Assembly: GCA_003635255.1 (NCBI GenBank)
Contig: PYJC01000170.1
Span: 2,500-66,499, forward strand
Reading direction: 5' to 3'
Origin: Candidatus Poribacteria bacterium
GTDB taxonomy: Bacteria; Poribacteria; WGA-4E; WGA-3G
DNA: 64,000 bases
Every line of letters starts with the position of its first letter. Positions within the stretch are counted from its first letter, which is position 1. The translations under genes were made by a program, and so were the position numbers. The notes beneath the pieces are model-generated. The model saw nothing but the letters and a program-made list of their open reading frames with translations. It was not told the DNA's origin and did no database searches. Positions 17,201-27,500 of the stretch are shown one piece after another.

Positions 17201-18729
17201 AAGTAAGTGTAGAGCGATCGCGGGTGCCGAGAAATCACAGCAGGCGGCGTATCATCACCCATTGAACCGACCGCTTCCTTTGCTTCCGTTACCATGGGCT
17301 TGATAAACCGTTCCACATCCTCAGTCATATAGCCGAACGCTTTCTGGTACATCGGCAGCTGCTCAGGAACAGCATCCGTTGTAGCAGAAGCAGCATCTTT
17401 TTCGGTCGGAAGTGTCACGACCCCTTTCTGTACCCATTCGGCGTATGGTTTCTGCGCAGCAACACGATGCTTAATTTCCGAATCCTTCAGTAACTTTCCT
17501 TGTGCTGTATCGACAGCGATCATCTGCCCCGGTCCCAAACGCCCTTTTTCCACAACACAACTGTCGTCAAGTTCAATGATACCGACCTCAGAACCCATGA
17601 CAACGGTTCCATCTTCCGTGACTTTGTAGCGCGCAGGTCTTAAGCCGTTTCTATCCAGACTCGCGCCAACGACAACACCATCCGTAAACGCGACCGCCGC
17701 CGGTCCGTCCCAAGGTTCGCTGACACATGAAAGATACTCGTAACAGGCTTTAAGCACATTCGGCATATCCGGAATCTGTTCATACGCCTCCGGGATCAGG
17801 CACATCATGGCATGTAGGATATCGCGGTCAGAATGTGTTAATAACTCTAACACGTTATCCAAACTCATCGAATCGCTTCCGTGTTCATTGATTATGGGAA
17901 CAAGTTTTCGGATATGTTCGTTCCAGAGAGGTGACTGCAAATCGGCTTCGCGTGCCCGCATCCAATTTCGATTGCCCATTAAGGTGTTGATTTCACCGTT
18001 GTGTGCAAGCGTATGGAAGGGTTGAGCGAGCATCCACGTCGAGGAGGTGTTCGTACTATAACGCTGGTGGAAAACAGCAAGTGCTGCCTCAAAATCTGAA
18101 TCTTTTAAGTCCAGATAAAATTGCGCCAGCTGCGGTGCTACCAGCAACCCTTTGTAGACGACCGTCCGATGTGAAAAGGAGGCAATATGGAATTCATCAA
18201 GCCCCGCCGCTGTGATACGATGTTCTAACGCTTTACATATTAAATACAAACATCTCTCAAAGGCATCGTCTGTTAGTTGCTCCGGTCGCCCGACCAATAC
18301 CTGTTGAATTTCCGGCATTGTCTCTAAAGCTTTGGTCCCAAGCGCAGAAAGATCCAGAGGCACCGAACGCCATCCGAGGAGCGGAACACCGTACTGTTGT
18401 AAAGTCTTCTCAACAAGTGCACGTCCCTGTGCCAATGCCTTTTCGTCGTGTCGCGGGAGAAAAATCATCCCGACACCCATGTCATTTACCGAATCAAGGT
18501 GGACTCCGAGTTTCCCAAGTTCTTTTTGAAATAATTTTTCTGGAATTTGTGTTAAGATACCTGCCCCATCGCCTGTTTTCGCGTCCGCCGCCACCGCGCC
18601 TCGATGCGTTAAATTCGTGACCGCTTGCGTCGCCATTTTGATAATCTCATGGCTCCGACTTCCGAGGCGGTTCGCGACAAAACCTACACCACAGGCATCT
18701 TTTTCATTCACATTGTTGTACATTTGCAA
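14227..18729 (-). CDS. gltB: Glutamate synthase large subunit (GOGAT alpha: GATase-2, central FMN and GXGXG domains)
   Basis: 1500 aa; N-terminal Cys1 amidotransferase CGVGFVANRLGSRSHEI; overall GltB architecture; unusual C-terminal Pro-rich/basic tail; no gltD small-subunit gene adjacent. Confidence 0.92.
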   Translation of the reverse strand: MQMYNNVNEKDACGVGFVANRLGSRSHEIIKMATQAVTNLTHRGAVAADAKTGDGAGILTQIPEKLFQKELGKLGVHLDSVNDMGVGMIFLPRHDEKALAQGRALVEKTLQQYGVPLLGWRSVPLDLSALGTKALETMPEIQQVLVGRPEQLTDDAFERCLYLICKALEHRITAAGLDEFHIASFSHRTVVYKGLLVAPQLAQFYLDLKDSDFEAALAVFHQRYSTNTSSTWMLAQPFHTLAHNGEINTLMGNRNWMRAREADLQSPLWNEHIRKLVPIINEHGSDSMSLDNVLELLTHSDRDILHAMMCLIPEAYEQIPDMPNVLKACYEYLSCVSEPWDGPAAVAFTDGVVVGASLDRNGLRPARYKVTEDGTVVMGSEVGIIELDDSCVVEKGRLGPGQMIAVDTAQGKLLKDSEIKHRVAAQKPYAEWVQKGVVTLPTEKDAASATTDAVPEQLPMYQKAFGYMTEDVERFIKPMVTEAKEAVGSMGDDTPPAVISRHPRSLYTYFKQRFAQVTNPPIDSIRERLVMSLTTYLGRRHSLLTETEAHARLIRIPSPVLTNADLQVLRDLNIPDFQLATLSVCFAVSAGKQGLETALEALCQRASEAVDAGITLLVLSDKDVSPDSAPIPMALAVGAVHHHLIREGKRMRVSLIAETGDAREEHHFAVLIGYGAAAVNPYLALSTIVQLAEDDELAGLTAAEAIETYKATVEKGILKIMAKMGISTVSSYRGAQIFEALGINATVIDKCFTGTTSRLSGIGFAEIAAETLHFHTKAFSGSEDDTSLEEAGYFRFRRNGEFHAFNPTVFKSLHKFVKAGKSEDYEEYVDAVESGEPSSLRDLVAFKPSTPIPIEAVEPAEDIVRRFTTGSMSFGALSRETHETLAIAMNRLGAKSGSGEGGESPTRFKEQPNGDLASSAIKQVASGRFGVTPTYLISAKELEIKMAQGSKPGEGGQIPGHKVTAEIASIRHSVPGVPLISPPPHHDIYSIEDLAQLIYDLKQANPQAKVAVKLVSEFLVGTIASGVAKGYADVIQVSGHEGGTGASPLSSIKNAGTPWELGLSETQRALVENELRDRVVLRADGGMRSGRDIVIAAMLGAEEYGFGTIAMVATGCVMARQCHLNTCPVGVATQDPALRAKYPGTPEMVINFMLGVANEVRAILANLGHRCLNDIIGRPELLQPIDLADYPKAATLDLSEILTPADPTGTQPRYHLQERNDREDIPLDDQILEDAAEAISQKTSVQLFYSIRNTHRTVGAKLSGEIARRYGDTGLPDRTIQCNFEGSAGQSFGAFCISGVQFVLTGEANDYVGKGMAGGELIIKPASTASFETCENAIIGNTVLYGATGGTLYAAGRVGERFCVRNSGATAIVEGVGDHGCEYMTAGTVVVIGETGRNFGAGMTGGTAYVLDEKQQFEQKFNPDWVKIEKVKSEADVKSLMALIQNHAAYTGSQHAENILTNWEAFLPHFWKVVTPPPPPLPAPVQLKRRAATRRERKKR

Positions 18730-19104
18730 ACTATTTCTCCATACATTCTTCTATATTTCTTGTCCATTGGCGTTTTAAATCAAGTTGTTTATGCTTCGCC
18801 TTTTTATATTTAATCCGTGGGACGAGGTTCACGTGCCTTAACCCCACACCTTTTTATTAAGGTTACAAACAGATCGGAAAACGGACTTCGCTTTCAGGGC
18901 TGGGTCGGACGCTGACGACTCGTATCCTGCCGAAAATAGCGCGCCCCAAGGCAAGAGAGAGCCTTTGGAATCAACGGTGATTCGCGACCGGCTTGGTGGG
19001 CTTACGTGCTGCGGTCCGGTTCTTAATTTTTTACAACCAAAACCGCCTGTTAGTTTTAATTATACCTTAATTTAAGCCGAAAGTCAAAAAAAATCCCTCT
19101 CCTC

Positions 19105-20715
19105 TCAATAGCCAACCGCACATCCATCCCGTCTCGGATCCGAACCCGCGACAAGCGTGTCAAAAGCAGGATTGATAAAAATCGCTTGCCCGCCGCCAAA
19201 AAAAGTATCTCCCGGTATGATATGATGCCCCTTCTGTGCTAACGTGGCTTGCACATTCATTGGAATGCCTGCCTCCAGCATAATCCGAGAATCGTCCATC
19301 ACCCGAAACCGAGGCGCATCCAAGGCATTTTGAACATCCATCTTGAAGTCAATGAGATTGCACACAAACTGTAAATGTCCTTGTGTCTGCATCTGCCCGC
19401 CCATGACACCGAAGGTAACCAACGGCACCCCATTTTGGGCAATCATACCCGGGATAATCGTATGTAACGTCCGTTTATGCGGGGCGATACAATTCGCATG
19501 GTTCGGATCCAGCGAAAAACCTGCTCCCCGATTTTGCAACATGATCCCCGTCCCACCAGCAACTAAACCCGATCCAAAACCGGCAAAGAGACTGTTAATA
19601 AAAGAGACAACGTTTCGATCACTATCAACGGTACAAAGGTATACCGTATCACTTCCCATTGACGGAACACCCGCACTCGGTTCCATATTCGCCCGTTCTG
19701 GTGAGATACGTGAACGCTGACTTTCCGTATAGTCGTCAGAGAGCAGTCCCGCTACCGGTACATCTACAAATGCTGGATCTGTTACGTATTTGTAAAGATC
19801 CGCGAATCCCAATTTCATCGCCTCAATTGCATAGTGTAAATGCTCAGGACTGTTATGCTCCATTGCTCCGAGGTCGAATCCCTCAACAATATTGAGTGCG
19901 AGTAGTGCGGCAATACCTTGTCCATTCGGCGGAATTTCATAGACATCATAACCACGGTAATTCGTAGCAATCGGTTCAACCCAATCGGATTTATGGTCAG
20001 CGAAGTCTTGTCGGGTGAACAGTCCGCCATTCTCATCGGAAAATTGAACGATCTTATCAGCGATTTCGCCGTGATAAAAGGCATCACGTCCGCCTTCAGC
20101 AATCAGCCGTAACGTCCGTGCGAAGTTCGGTTGGTGAAAAATCTCACCCGGTTTTGGTGCCTTTCCGTTTCTGAGATAGGTCTTTGCCGTATCAGGATGC
20201 TGCGCTAACATCGCAGCACTGCCTTGCCACGCGAGGCTAATTTGTGGGCTAACCGGAAATCCGTTCTCCGCATAATCAATCGCGGGCTGAAGCACCTCTG
20301 CCAATGACATCGTCCCACATTCATCAAGGAGAGTCGCCCATCCGTCAATTGTACCCGGTACCGTAACAGGATACATACTCCCAAAAGCCGGAATGCTGCG
20401 TAATCCCTGCTTCGTAAAGAATTCCAGTTCTGCGGCGTAAGGTGCCCTACCACTCGCATTTAAGCCACGGATGACACCCTCTTTAGGCTGGTAAACCAGC
20501 ATGAACGCATCGCCACCGATGCCCGTTGACATCGGCTCGACGACATTGAGTATTGCAGCAGTCGCAACCGCCGCATCAACAGCATTTCCACCGTCCTTTA
20601 GAATCTGTAATCCACCCTGCGCAGCAAGCGGTTGACTCGTTGCAACTGCGCCATGTTGACAGATGACAGCAGAGCGTCCAGGTCCAAATTGGTTGGGGTA
20701 GTACCGATCAAACAT
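19105..20715 (-). CDS. ggt: Gamma-glutamyltranspeptidase (Ntn-hydrolase GGT family)
   Basis: 536 aa; GGNAVDAAVATAAILNVVEP and GGDAFMLVY motifs; a catalytic-Thr region; no signal peptide. Confidence 0.85.
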   Translation of the reverse strand: MFDRYYPNQFGPGRSAVICQHGAVATSQPLAAQGGLQILKDGGNAVDAAVATAAILNVVEPMSTGIGGDAFMLVYQPKEGVIRGLNASGRAPYAAELEFFTKQGLRSIPAFGSMYPVTVPGTIDGWATLLDECGTMSLAEVLQPAIDYAENGFPVSPQISLAWQGSAAMLAQHPDTAKTYLRNGKAPKPGEIFHQPNFARTLRLIAEGGRDAFYHGEIADKIVQFSDENGGLFTRQDFADHKSDWVEPIATNYRGYDVYEIPPNGQGIAALLALNIVEGFDLGAMEHNSPEHLHYAIEAMKLGFADLYKYVTDPAFVDVPVAGLLSDDYTESQRSRISPERANMEPSAGVPSMGSDTVYLCTVDSDRNVVSFINSLFAGFGSGLVAGGTGIMLQNRGAGFSLDPNHANCIAPHKRTLHTIIPGMIAQNGVPLVTFGVMGGQMQTQGHLQFVCNLIDFKMDVQNALDAPRFRVMDDSRIMLEAGIPMNVQATLAQKGHHIIPGDTFFGGGQAIFINPAFDTLVAGSDPRRDGCAVGY

Positions 20716-21080
20716 CCACTTTCTCCTACTTACAGACTGCTATCACTATAGCACGCCTCGCCCTTTTTGTCAAATTTAGCATTAATGCAGAGTGTGTAAG
20801 GTTTTGACGCGCGATTATGAAAAGTGCCCCTTGTAGCACAGACTGTATGAAGTTTAAGAAAATATTTCGGTAATTCTATATTTTCCCCAGGTCCGGTAGG
20901 TTCGGTTTCCTAACCGAACCGGACTTCACCAAGAAATTACCGAATTTAAAAATTGATCTTCATTTAGTCTGTGCATAGTATAATCCAAGCTGCAAAATCC
21001 GTGTCATTCCTGAAAACCTGTTATTCAAACAACAATCAACAAAATATTTACACATCCACGGATGCATCACTGATTTTTAT

Positions 21081-21109
21081 TTGAAAATTAGAGAAAGGTC
21101 AGATATAAT
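21081..21109 (+). promoter_or_regulatory. Consensus sigma70 promoter TTGAAA-17 nt-TATAAT upstream of the parA-like gene
   Basis: ttgaaa at 21081-86, 17-nt spacer, tataat at 21104-09. Confidence 0.55.
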
Positions 21110-21213
21110 AGACTAAGAGTAGCCTCCCATTTATTCGGGATGGCACTTCTAAAAGATGAGTGTTCACATCTCGTGTAACAATGATAGGTGGATGACGAAT
21201 TAGAGGACATAAC

Positions 21214-22338
21214 ATGGCCAAACAGATTGCACTTTTCAACCACAAAGGCGGCGTGGGCAAGACAACAATGACCTTCAATCTCGGCTGGATGTTGGCAAAG
21301 AAAGGAAAGAAAGTCATCATCGTTGATTGTGATCCGCAGTGTAACCTCACCGGCATGGTGCTTGGCTTCAAGGATGCTAAACGTTTTGAATCAATGTACA
21401 AGTCAGTTGGTGTAACGAATATTCGCGAGGGTCTCGCGCCTGCTTTTGAATCGCGTCCCGCCCCCATCAAACCAGTGAACTGCGAATCCATCCGCGGACG
21501 TATGGAAATGCCTTCGCTACTGCACTTGTTACCAGGACATATTGGACTCGCCGAATACGAGGTGCCCCTGGGAGTCGCACAAGCACTGTCGGGTTCATTG
21601 GTAACGCTCCAGAATTTGCCCGGGTCCTTGCATAACCTTTTTTCTAAAACTGCTGACAAATACAACGCTGATTTTATTTTAGTAGATATGAGCCCAAGTT
21701 TGGGACCGATTAACCAAAACTTGCTTATGACGAGCGACTACTTCATTGTTCCGATGTTTCCGGACTACTTCTCAGCAATGGCGACGGAGAGTCTTGCCTC
21801 AATTTTACCGAAATGGTCGGGGTGGGCAAAGCAAGCCAAAAAGTCGCCGCTTCTACAAGAGGCTATTTATCCTTTTCCTGATAAGGATCCCAAATTTCTT
21901 GGAACTATAGTTCAGAATTATAGAGTTAGGGACGGAGAACCTGCTAAAGCCTTCGGAGAGTGGATTGAGCAAATAAAAATAGGCGTTGAGGAAAAACTCA
22001 TACCAGTCTTACGCGAAAACGATATGCTGCTTCCAGACGAATCTTATATAAAGACAAGGGCACTTGAATCGCATCAGCATCGATTTAATTTTATTAACCC
22101 AGATTTTGTAAATGACCAACTCATAAGTCAACCTCTTCTCCAAGTATCAGACTTCAATAGTCTGATTGCTCTCTCACAGAAACATAAAGTCCCAGTTTTT
22201 GATTTGACAGACGATCAGATTGGTCAAGCAGGTGTGATACTTGAAAGCACTAAGAGATCCATGGAACGCTTTCGGGACTTATTTTCTGATGGTGCGGAGC
22301 AGATAATTACACTTACCGAGAATGCTGAGTCTTATTGA
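21214..22338 (+). CDS. ParA/MinD-family P-loop ATPase with a roughly 120-aa C-terminal extension
   Basis: Deviant Walker A KGGVGKTT; the IVDCDPQ motif; 374 aa; it sits in a defense-gene context rather than a partition context. Confidence 0.8.
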   Translation: MAKQIALFNHKGGVGKTTMTFNLGWMLAKKGKKVIIVDCDPQCNLTGMVLGFKDAKRFESMYKSVGVTNIREGLAPAFESRPAPIKPVNCESIRGRMEMPSLLHLLPGHIGLAEYEVPLGVAQALSGSLVTLQNLPGSLHNLFSKTADKYNADFILVDMSPSLGPINQNLLMTSDYFIVPMFPDYFSAMATESLASILPKWSGWAKQAKKSPLLQEAIYPFPDKDPKFLGTIVQNYRVRDGEPAKAFGEWIEQIKIGVEEKLIPVLRENDMLLPDESYIKTRALESHQHRFNFINPDFVNDQLISQPLLQVSDFNSLIALSQKHKVPVFDLTDDQIGQAGVILESTKRSMERFRDLFSDGAEQIITLTENAESY

Positions 22339-22422
22339 ACAACTTCGTGAAAACATGGTAGGTGTCCGAATTTGGGCGGATTGCATTAGGCATTTGACCA
22401 ACAGACCACCCCCGCTGTAGAT

Positions 22423-22929
22423 TTGAGTGATCTTCTACGCGTGCAGATTGTCATGATTGTCAGTGCGCTTGACCATTATATCCACGAAATCACGAGAGTC
22501 GGGATGTTAGAAGTCTATGACAGAAAACGTCCACAGACGAATGCCTCCTTGCGTTTCCAAGTAACTATGGAGGCAACAATGACGGGAATTTCCAAACCGA
22601 GTGAAAACGACTGGTTTGACAGAGAAATTCGAGACAAGCATGGATACCAAGCCTTCCAACATCCGGATAACATAGCCAACGCAGTACGGCTTTTCTCATC
22701 CTGTGAATTGTGGAGAGCCGTTGCTTCGGAACTTAATCTAACCGATCAAGACGTAAAAAATCGACTTCGCGCTATAGTTAACCGTCGAAATCAAATTGTT
22801 CATGAAGCCGATTTAGATCCAAGTTATCCAGGGACCGGAAACCGTTGGCCCATTTCTCCTGCGGATGTGACAAGTGCCTCAGATTTCATTCAGGACGTTT
22901 GCGAAGCAATTCACACCGTCGTCAATTAA
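22423..22929 (+). CDS. HEPN-like protein (Rx4H motif), putative abortive-infection RNase
   Basis: C-terminal LRAIVNRRNQIVHEADLD contains R-x4-H; all-helical composition; start is TTG 22423 or ATG 22453. Confidence 0.5.
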   Translation: MSDLLRVQIVMIVSALDHYIHEITRVGMLEVYDRKRPQTNASLRFQVTMEATMTGISKPSENDWFDREIRDKHGYQAFQHPDNIANAVRLFSSCELWRAVASELNLTDQDVKNRLRAIVNRRNQIVHEADLDPSYPGTGNRWPISPADVTSASDFIQDVCEAIHTVVN

Positions 22930-22981
22930 GATAGACTGCTGTTTGATGCCATAGTATTTGCCGTGCATGGAGGTAATTAGG

Positions 22982-23293
22982 ATGGCAAGACAAAGAATCG
23001 TCAAATATCCGCCTAAGCGAGGGAAACTCTCAAAATCAAAAATTGAACGAGCCGTAAAGGAGGTCCTTGAGGCGAGAGGGGTCCCTATAGAGCCTAAACG
23101 TGATACCTACAAATACCATCTGAAGCGCGGTAATAAAGTTATCCGTAGCGGAATCACGAACAACTTAGACCGCCATGAAAAGGAACACCAGCGGAACTAC
23201 GGTAAAGATGTCCATGTTCAACAGGTTGGAAATCGGACAACGCGAGAAGGTGCGAGAGAATGGGAAAAGAAGCAACGGCGTAGCACGTCTTAG
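22982..23293 (+). CDS. Minimal GIY-YIG domain nuclease (about 103 aa)
   Basis: GGAGG RBS 8 nt upstream; YKYHLKRGNKVIRSGITNNLDRHEKEH matches the GIY...YIG..T.NL..R...H pattern. Confidence 0.55.
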   Translation: MARQRIVKYPPKRGKLSKSKIERAVKEVLEARGVPIEPKRDTYKYHLKRGNKVIRSGITNNLDRHEKEHQRNYGKDVHVQQVGNRTTREGAREWEKKQRRSTS

Positions 23294-23385
23294 TTTTTGA
23301 ATCCTTTTGTTGCCTTTTTAGAAAAAGAAAGTGGTATCGACCTATCCATAGATCAATACCCGATAAATGTATTCAACTTTCCCAT

Positions 23386-24537
23386 TCACTCCTCACTTTG
23401 AGACTTCTCTTTTGAACGCTCAGGATCTATTGCATACTCATAAAATCCATAAAGAATAGTGTTACGATAATATCTAAAGAACAAATGGTAAAGATGAACA
23501 AATATAGGACATAAACTCGCACTAACGCAATAGCACACAAATAAGTTGTTCAAATCCAGAGTATCCCCAATAGGAATTCTTGTTGGTATGCCTCCAATAA
23601 TTAGATTGCTGTAACTGGCACTATAGTCAATTTTGAATTCAAGACAAAATCCTGCTATTAAACCAAGCACTACTATAACTATTCCATAAGAAAGTCCTAA
23701 ACGAATTTCTTTCTTCGTCGTATTTTCATTGTTTTTTTTACAGTCTTCTCGATTTTCATTTTTACTTTGTGTCCAAAGTTTTTTTATACGACTCCAAATA
23801 TTTTTTTCAAGCCAAAGAAAAAACTTTCCTACAATAATCAAGCAAGAGCAAAGAAACCCAACAGCAAAAATAGGAACTATGACTACTATCCACATGTTTT
23901 GAAATAATTTCTCAGAAATAACTATTCTCAGAGAAAAGCCAACAGCTGCTAAACAAAAAATGACTGCTAACAACTTGGCAGAATTGTATAGAGACAGGAG
24001 CCGAGAAGCTCTTGGATAGAGATATGGACTGTGCTTCATGAAACTTGTACGACAGAGATGGAAAATTTCCGTATACTTTACATCTGTCTTAACGTCTGCA
24101 GCTTCGCATTGTATCTTTGATACTTTAATGTCAAAGACTTTTCTAATCTGGTATCTCAATTTATGCACAAATTGGTCCGAATACGGATAATAATCTTCAG
24201 GATACGATCTACATTCAAAGTCGAATAACTCCTTTTCAAACACCCCGTGATCTGAATAATATCTTTTGAAAGGATCCCATATAGTTGAAAAAACTCTAAA
24301 CATCCAATTAATAAACCCATGACTCGCGAGACCAACAACATAACAAGCAACCACATAGAAAATTCCTTGGGTTATCGTAGGACGCAGATACTTTGGCAAT
24401 TCGTCATCGGTACTCTTGAGTTGATCTATTAAATCCGTCGGTAATGTCGGATTTATCAGAATAGTTCCGACAATTATTATCATCAAACCGGGTAGACTAT
24501 AACCCAAAAAATCATAAACTCCAAATGAAAATTTCAT
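23386..24537 (-). CDS. Polytopic membrane protein of unknown function, markedly AT-rich
   Basis: GGAGA RBS before the ATG at 24537; at least 8 predicted TM helices; codon usage and GC clearly lower than the flanks; 20 nt downstream of the methyltransferase gene. Confidence 0.6.
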   Translation of the reverse strand: MKFSFGVYDFLGYSLPGLMIIIVGTILINPTLPTDLIDQLKSTDDELPKYLRPTITQGIFYVVACYVVGLASHGFINWMFRVFSTIWDPFKRYYSDHGVFEKELFDFECRSYPEDYYPYSDQFVHKLRYQIRKVFDIKVSKIQCEAADVKTDVKYTEIFHLCRTSFMKHSPYLYPRASRLLSLYNSAKLLAVIFCLAAVGFSLRIVISEKLFQNMWIVVIVPIFAVGFLCSCLIIVGKFFLWLEKNIWSRIKKLWTQSKNENREDCKKNNENTTKKEIRLGLSYGIVIVVLGLIAGFCLEFKIDYSASYSNLIIGGIPTRIPIGDTLDLNNLFVCYCVSASLCPIFVHLYHLFFRYYRNTILYGFYEYAIDPERSKEKSQSEE

Positions 24538-24572
24538 CAAATTTGTCTCCAATAAACGAATTCAACCGTCTC

Positions 24573-27500
24573 CTACACCTCCATGCCCGCATCTTGATAT
24601 GTCTGCTTAATCAATTCAACTTCCGCATCGGTTAAGCCATACAACTGATACACCAATTCGTCTATCTTCTGCTCAATATCACGCACGCCATCGCTTTCCG
24701 GGGCTGCTAATATCTGTTCAACAAGACGCGACAATTCTGCTTTCTGTGCTGCAGTCCGATCCGCTATTGGAACCTTCTCCATGTATTGAGCGAAAAACTG
24801 CAATCTACCACCCTCCCATGGATCATTGAGGTTATAAAATTTGTGTCGCGCATACCAATCAAAGAGTCGACTATTCAATACAGCAAGTAATGAAAGATCA
24901 CGAGTAGGTATGAAGTATACGTTGTTTAACCCAAATGTCCCCGCTGTATCGTAGCAACCATAGAGAGCCTTTGCTGTCTGTGGATAGATAACTTTCGGTT
25001 TTTTAAATTCGGCATAATAGACACACGAACGAAGTTCCCAATAAAACATACCTTGGTCGCCCCGGGCAATCAATTGATCTCGATAACCCTTCAGATGATT
25101 ATAGACCGCTGGATAGGTTTCGGCGAAAATTTGCTCCGCTTCTGAGGTGTTTCTGGCATCCGACCAGGGCCACTCCCTGTTAGCACTGCTTGCAATAACT
25201 ATCAGGTACTCATTTGTCGAATTTGCTTTCCATCTGCGAAGATTTCGCCCTCTCAATACCGGTTTTATAAGTTCACCGCTCCTTGCGTTCTCAGCAATCA
25301 ACTTCTGGCACACAGGCTTATCAATGATAAATGCATCGTTACATCCAGTCTTCACACCCATGTAGAAACCTCCATCTACATATTCCTCCAATGGTGTTCC
25401 GATCTGTTGTAATCTTGCAAGCAGCCTAAGCACCTCTGACGATGTTAATGCCCATCCATCTGGGGACAAGTCGCGAGAGTCCATGGAAAAAGACTTTTCT
25501 CGAAACGCTTCTGAAAGACGAGGAATATCGGCTTTATCACGAAAGGTTGCAGCGAAAAAAGCCTTGTCCGCTGGCGGTGCACTTTCAGCAAGTAGGATAC
25601 AAGTATCCACGTGCGCCTTAAAAACCGGAACGTTCCCAAAATCAAGTAGTCTGTGAAGTTTCACTCTGTTAGTAAAGAAAGATCGGAGTTTCTTGCCGTA
25701 TGCTACCCGTAGGAAATTATTAGAAGAGATGTAACTGAGAACCCCACCTGTCCGAAGCAATTCAGCCCCGCGTTTGTAGAAGTAGACATATAGGTCTGCA
25801 GTACCTGTAAAAACTTCAGGAAATAATTGTTCTAAAACCGGTTTAATTGGAATGATGTTTTCCTGTCGTACATAAGGTGGATTGCCGACAATAATATCAA
25901 ATCCACCCTCTTGGAATACCTCTGAAAACTCAACCTGCCAGACAAACACATCGGCGTTCGCTTGCCATCCCTGAAGGCTTTCCTTGAGTTCAGCGATCAC
26001 CTCCCGGAGTCTCTGTTTCTCTGGGTCAGTATGGGTAACCAAATATTCCGCTTGATGTTCCTGAATCTGTTGAATCAAGTCAGCCTCAAGACCAATCTGT
26101 TCTGGTGCGGGACCAGTCAAACTATCTCCTGCTGCGACTTTGTAGTCCAAATTGGGCAGTGGTTCTGGTGTGTCACCTTCGTAATCGACGGCAAGACTCA
26201 ACCACAAACGGAGCATGGCAATATTAACAGCAAACTCATCCTTGTCCACGCCGTAGAGGTTTTTCTGAATGATGTCAAGTTTACGTTGATAGATTATTGG
26301 AGAATCAATCTGATTGCTTTGAAAAAGTGCTTCTCGCAAGCGGAGCAACTCACCCATCATGCCGAGTAGATAGGCACCACTGCCACAGGCTGGATCACAT
26401 ATTCGCAATGTCTGCAGGACTTGTAACACTCTCTCTGGATTCCGAATTTTGGTTGCATCACCATCATCAATAAATGCTTGAAGGATTTCTGGTGTCTCAT
26501 CGGTTTTATTTTGGAGGCAGATTTTTAGGCTCTCTCGGCACATGAAGGAAACAACTGGGCGCGGTGTGTAGTAGCTGCCGGTGTCGTGTCTACCGGTAAC
26601 GAGTTCCTCAAACACTTTTCCGAGCATCTCTGGATCGACTGCTACCTCAATATCAAGTGGGGTTGATTCGGTCACAGTGAAATTGTATCGTTCAAAGAGT
26701 TCCAAGATCTCGGCAAATTTGTCGTTAGGAATATGGACAGCATTCTGCACATCGTCCTTCTGCATTTCAAAGAGTCCACCGTTGAGAAACGGCACTCCTC
26801 CCCGACGTTCAACGGCTGCAGATGATTCCTCTGGTTGGTCCGCAGCATTACCGAGTCCATGAAAGAATGCCCAATAGAGCCGGTCGTTGAGAAAATTTTC
26901 ATCGGTTCCTGATTCTGTTGCATCGAAGAGGACACGGAGGTAATCGCGATTACCGTTGTAAGTGAGCCATCCTTTTTTCTCAATAAAGCGCAGGAACATC
27001 AGTCGGTTAAAGAGGCGTTGTGTATAGAGTCGGCGCGCTTCTGTCTCATCTTCTGGAATGCCTTTGACTGCTTTTTCAACCTGTGCAAAGACACGTTGGT
27101 AATCAGCAAAGAATTTATCGGTGACCGCCTCTACATCAAATGCTTCTTGCCATGCTTTTAGCCATGCCTTGTCATCTGAAAAGCCATCGCTTGGAAAGGC
27201 GAGTGCGGGTAGGTTATATTCACAGAGCGTACGGATGTGGGTATCGCCCTGTTCCCAAGAGAAGATCGAAAGCACAGCACGTCGCCAGTTTTCGTTGGAC
27301 GCGAAGTGGGCAAAAGCGAAACGTTGAAAGTCGGTTGTGGTACAGATAAAGAGAAGGTGGTCGTGTTTCCAAGTGGGGAGACTTGAATTTCGATCGCGTC
27401 TTTCAACAAGTCCGCGGAGCACACGACGCAGTGCAGTTCGATAGATGTCCTCGCTGTTGAATTGAAGGAAAAAGATACCCCACGGCTGCGTATCCTCAAA

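Noticed and set aside
14272-18813. Many 60-160-aa ORFs on the plus strand across 14.2-18.8 kb
   Set aside because: All are antisense to the 1500-aa gltB reading frame, which has unmistakable GOGAT motifs throughout.
21099-21665. 188-aa minus-strand ORF overlapping the promoter and 5' half of the parA-like gene
   Set aside because: It is antisense to a gene with clear Walker-A ParA motifs and carries a consensus promoter inside it.
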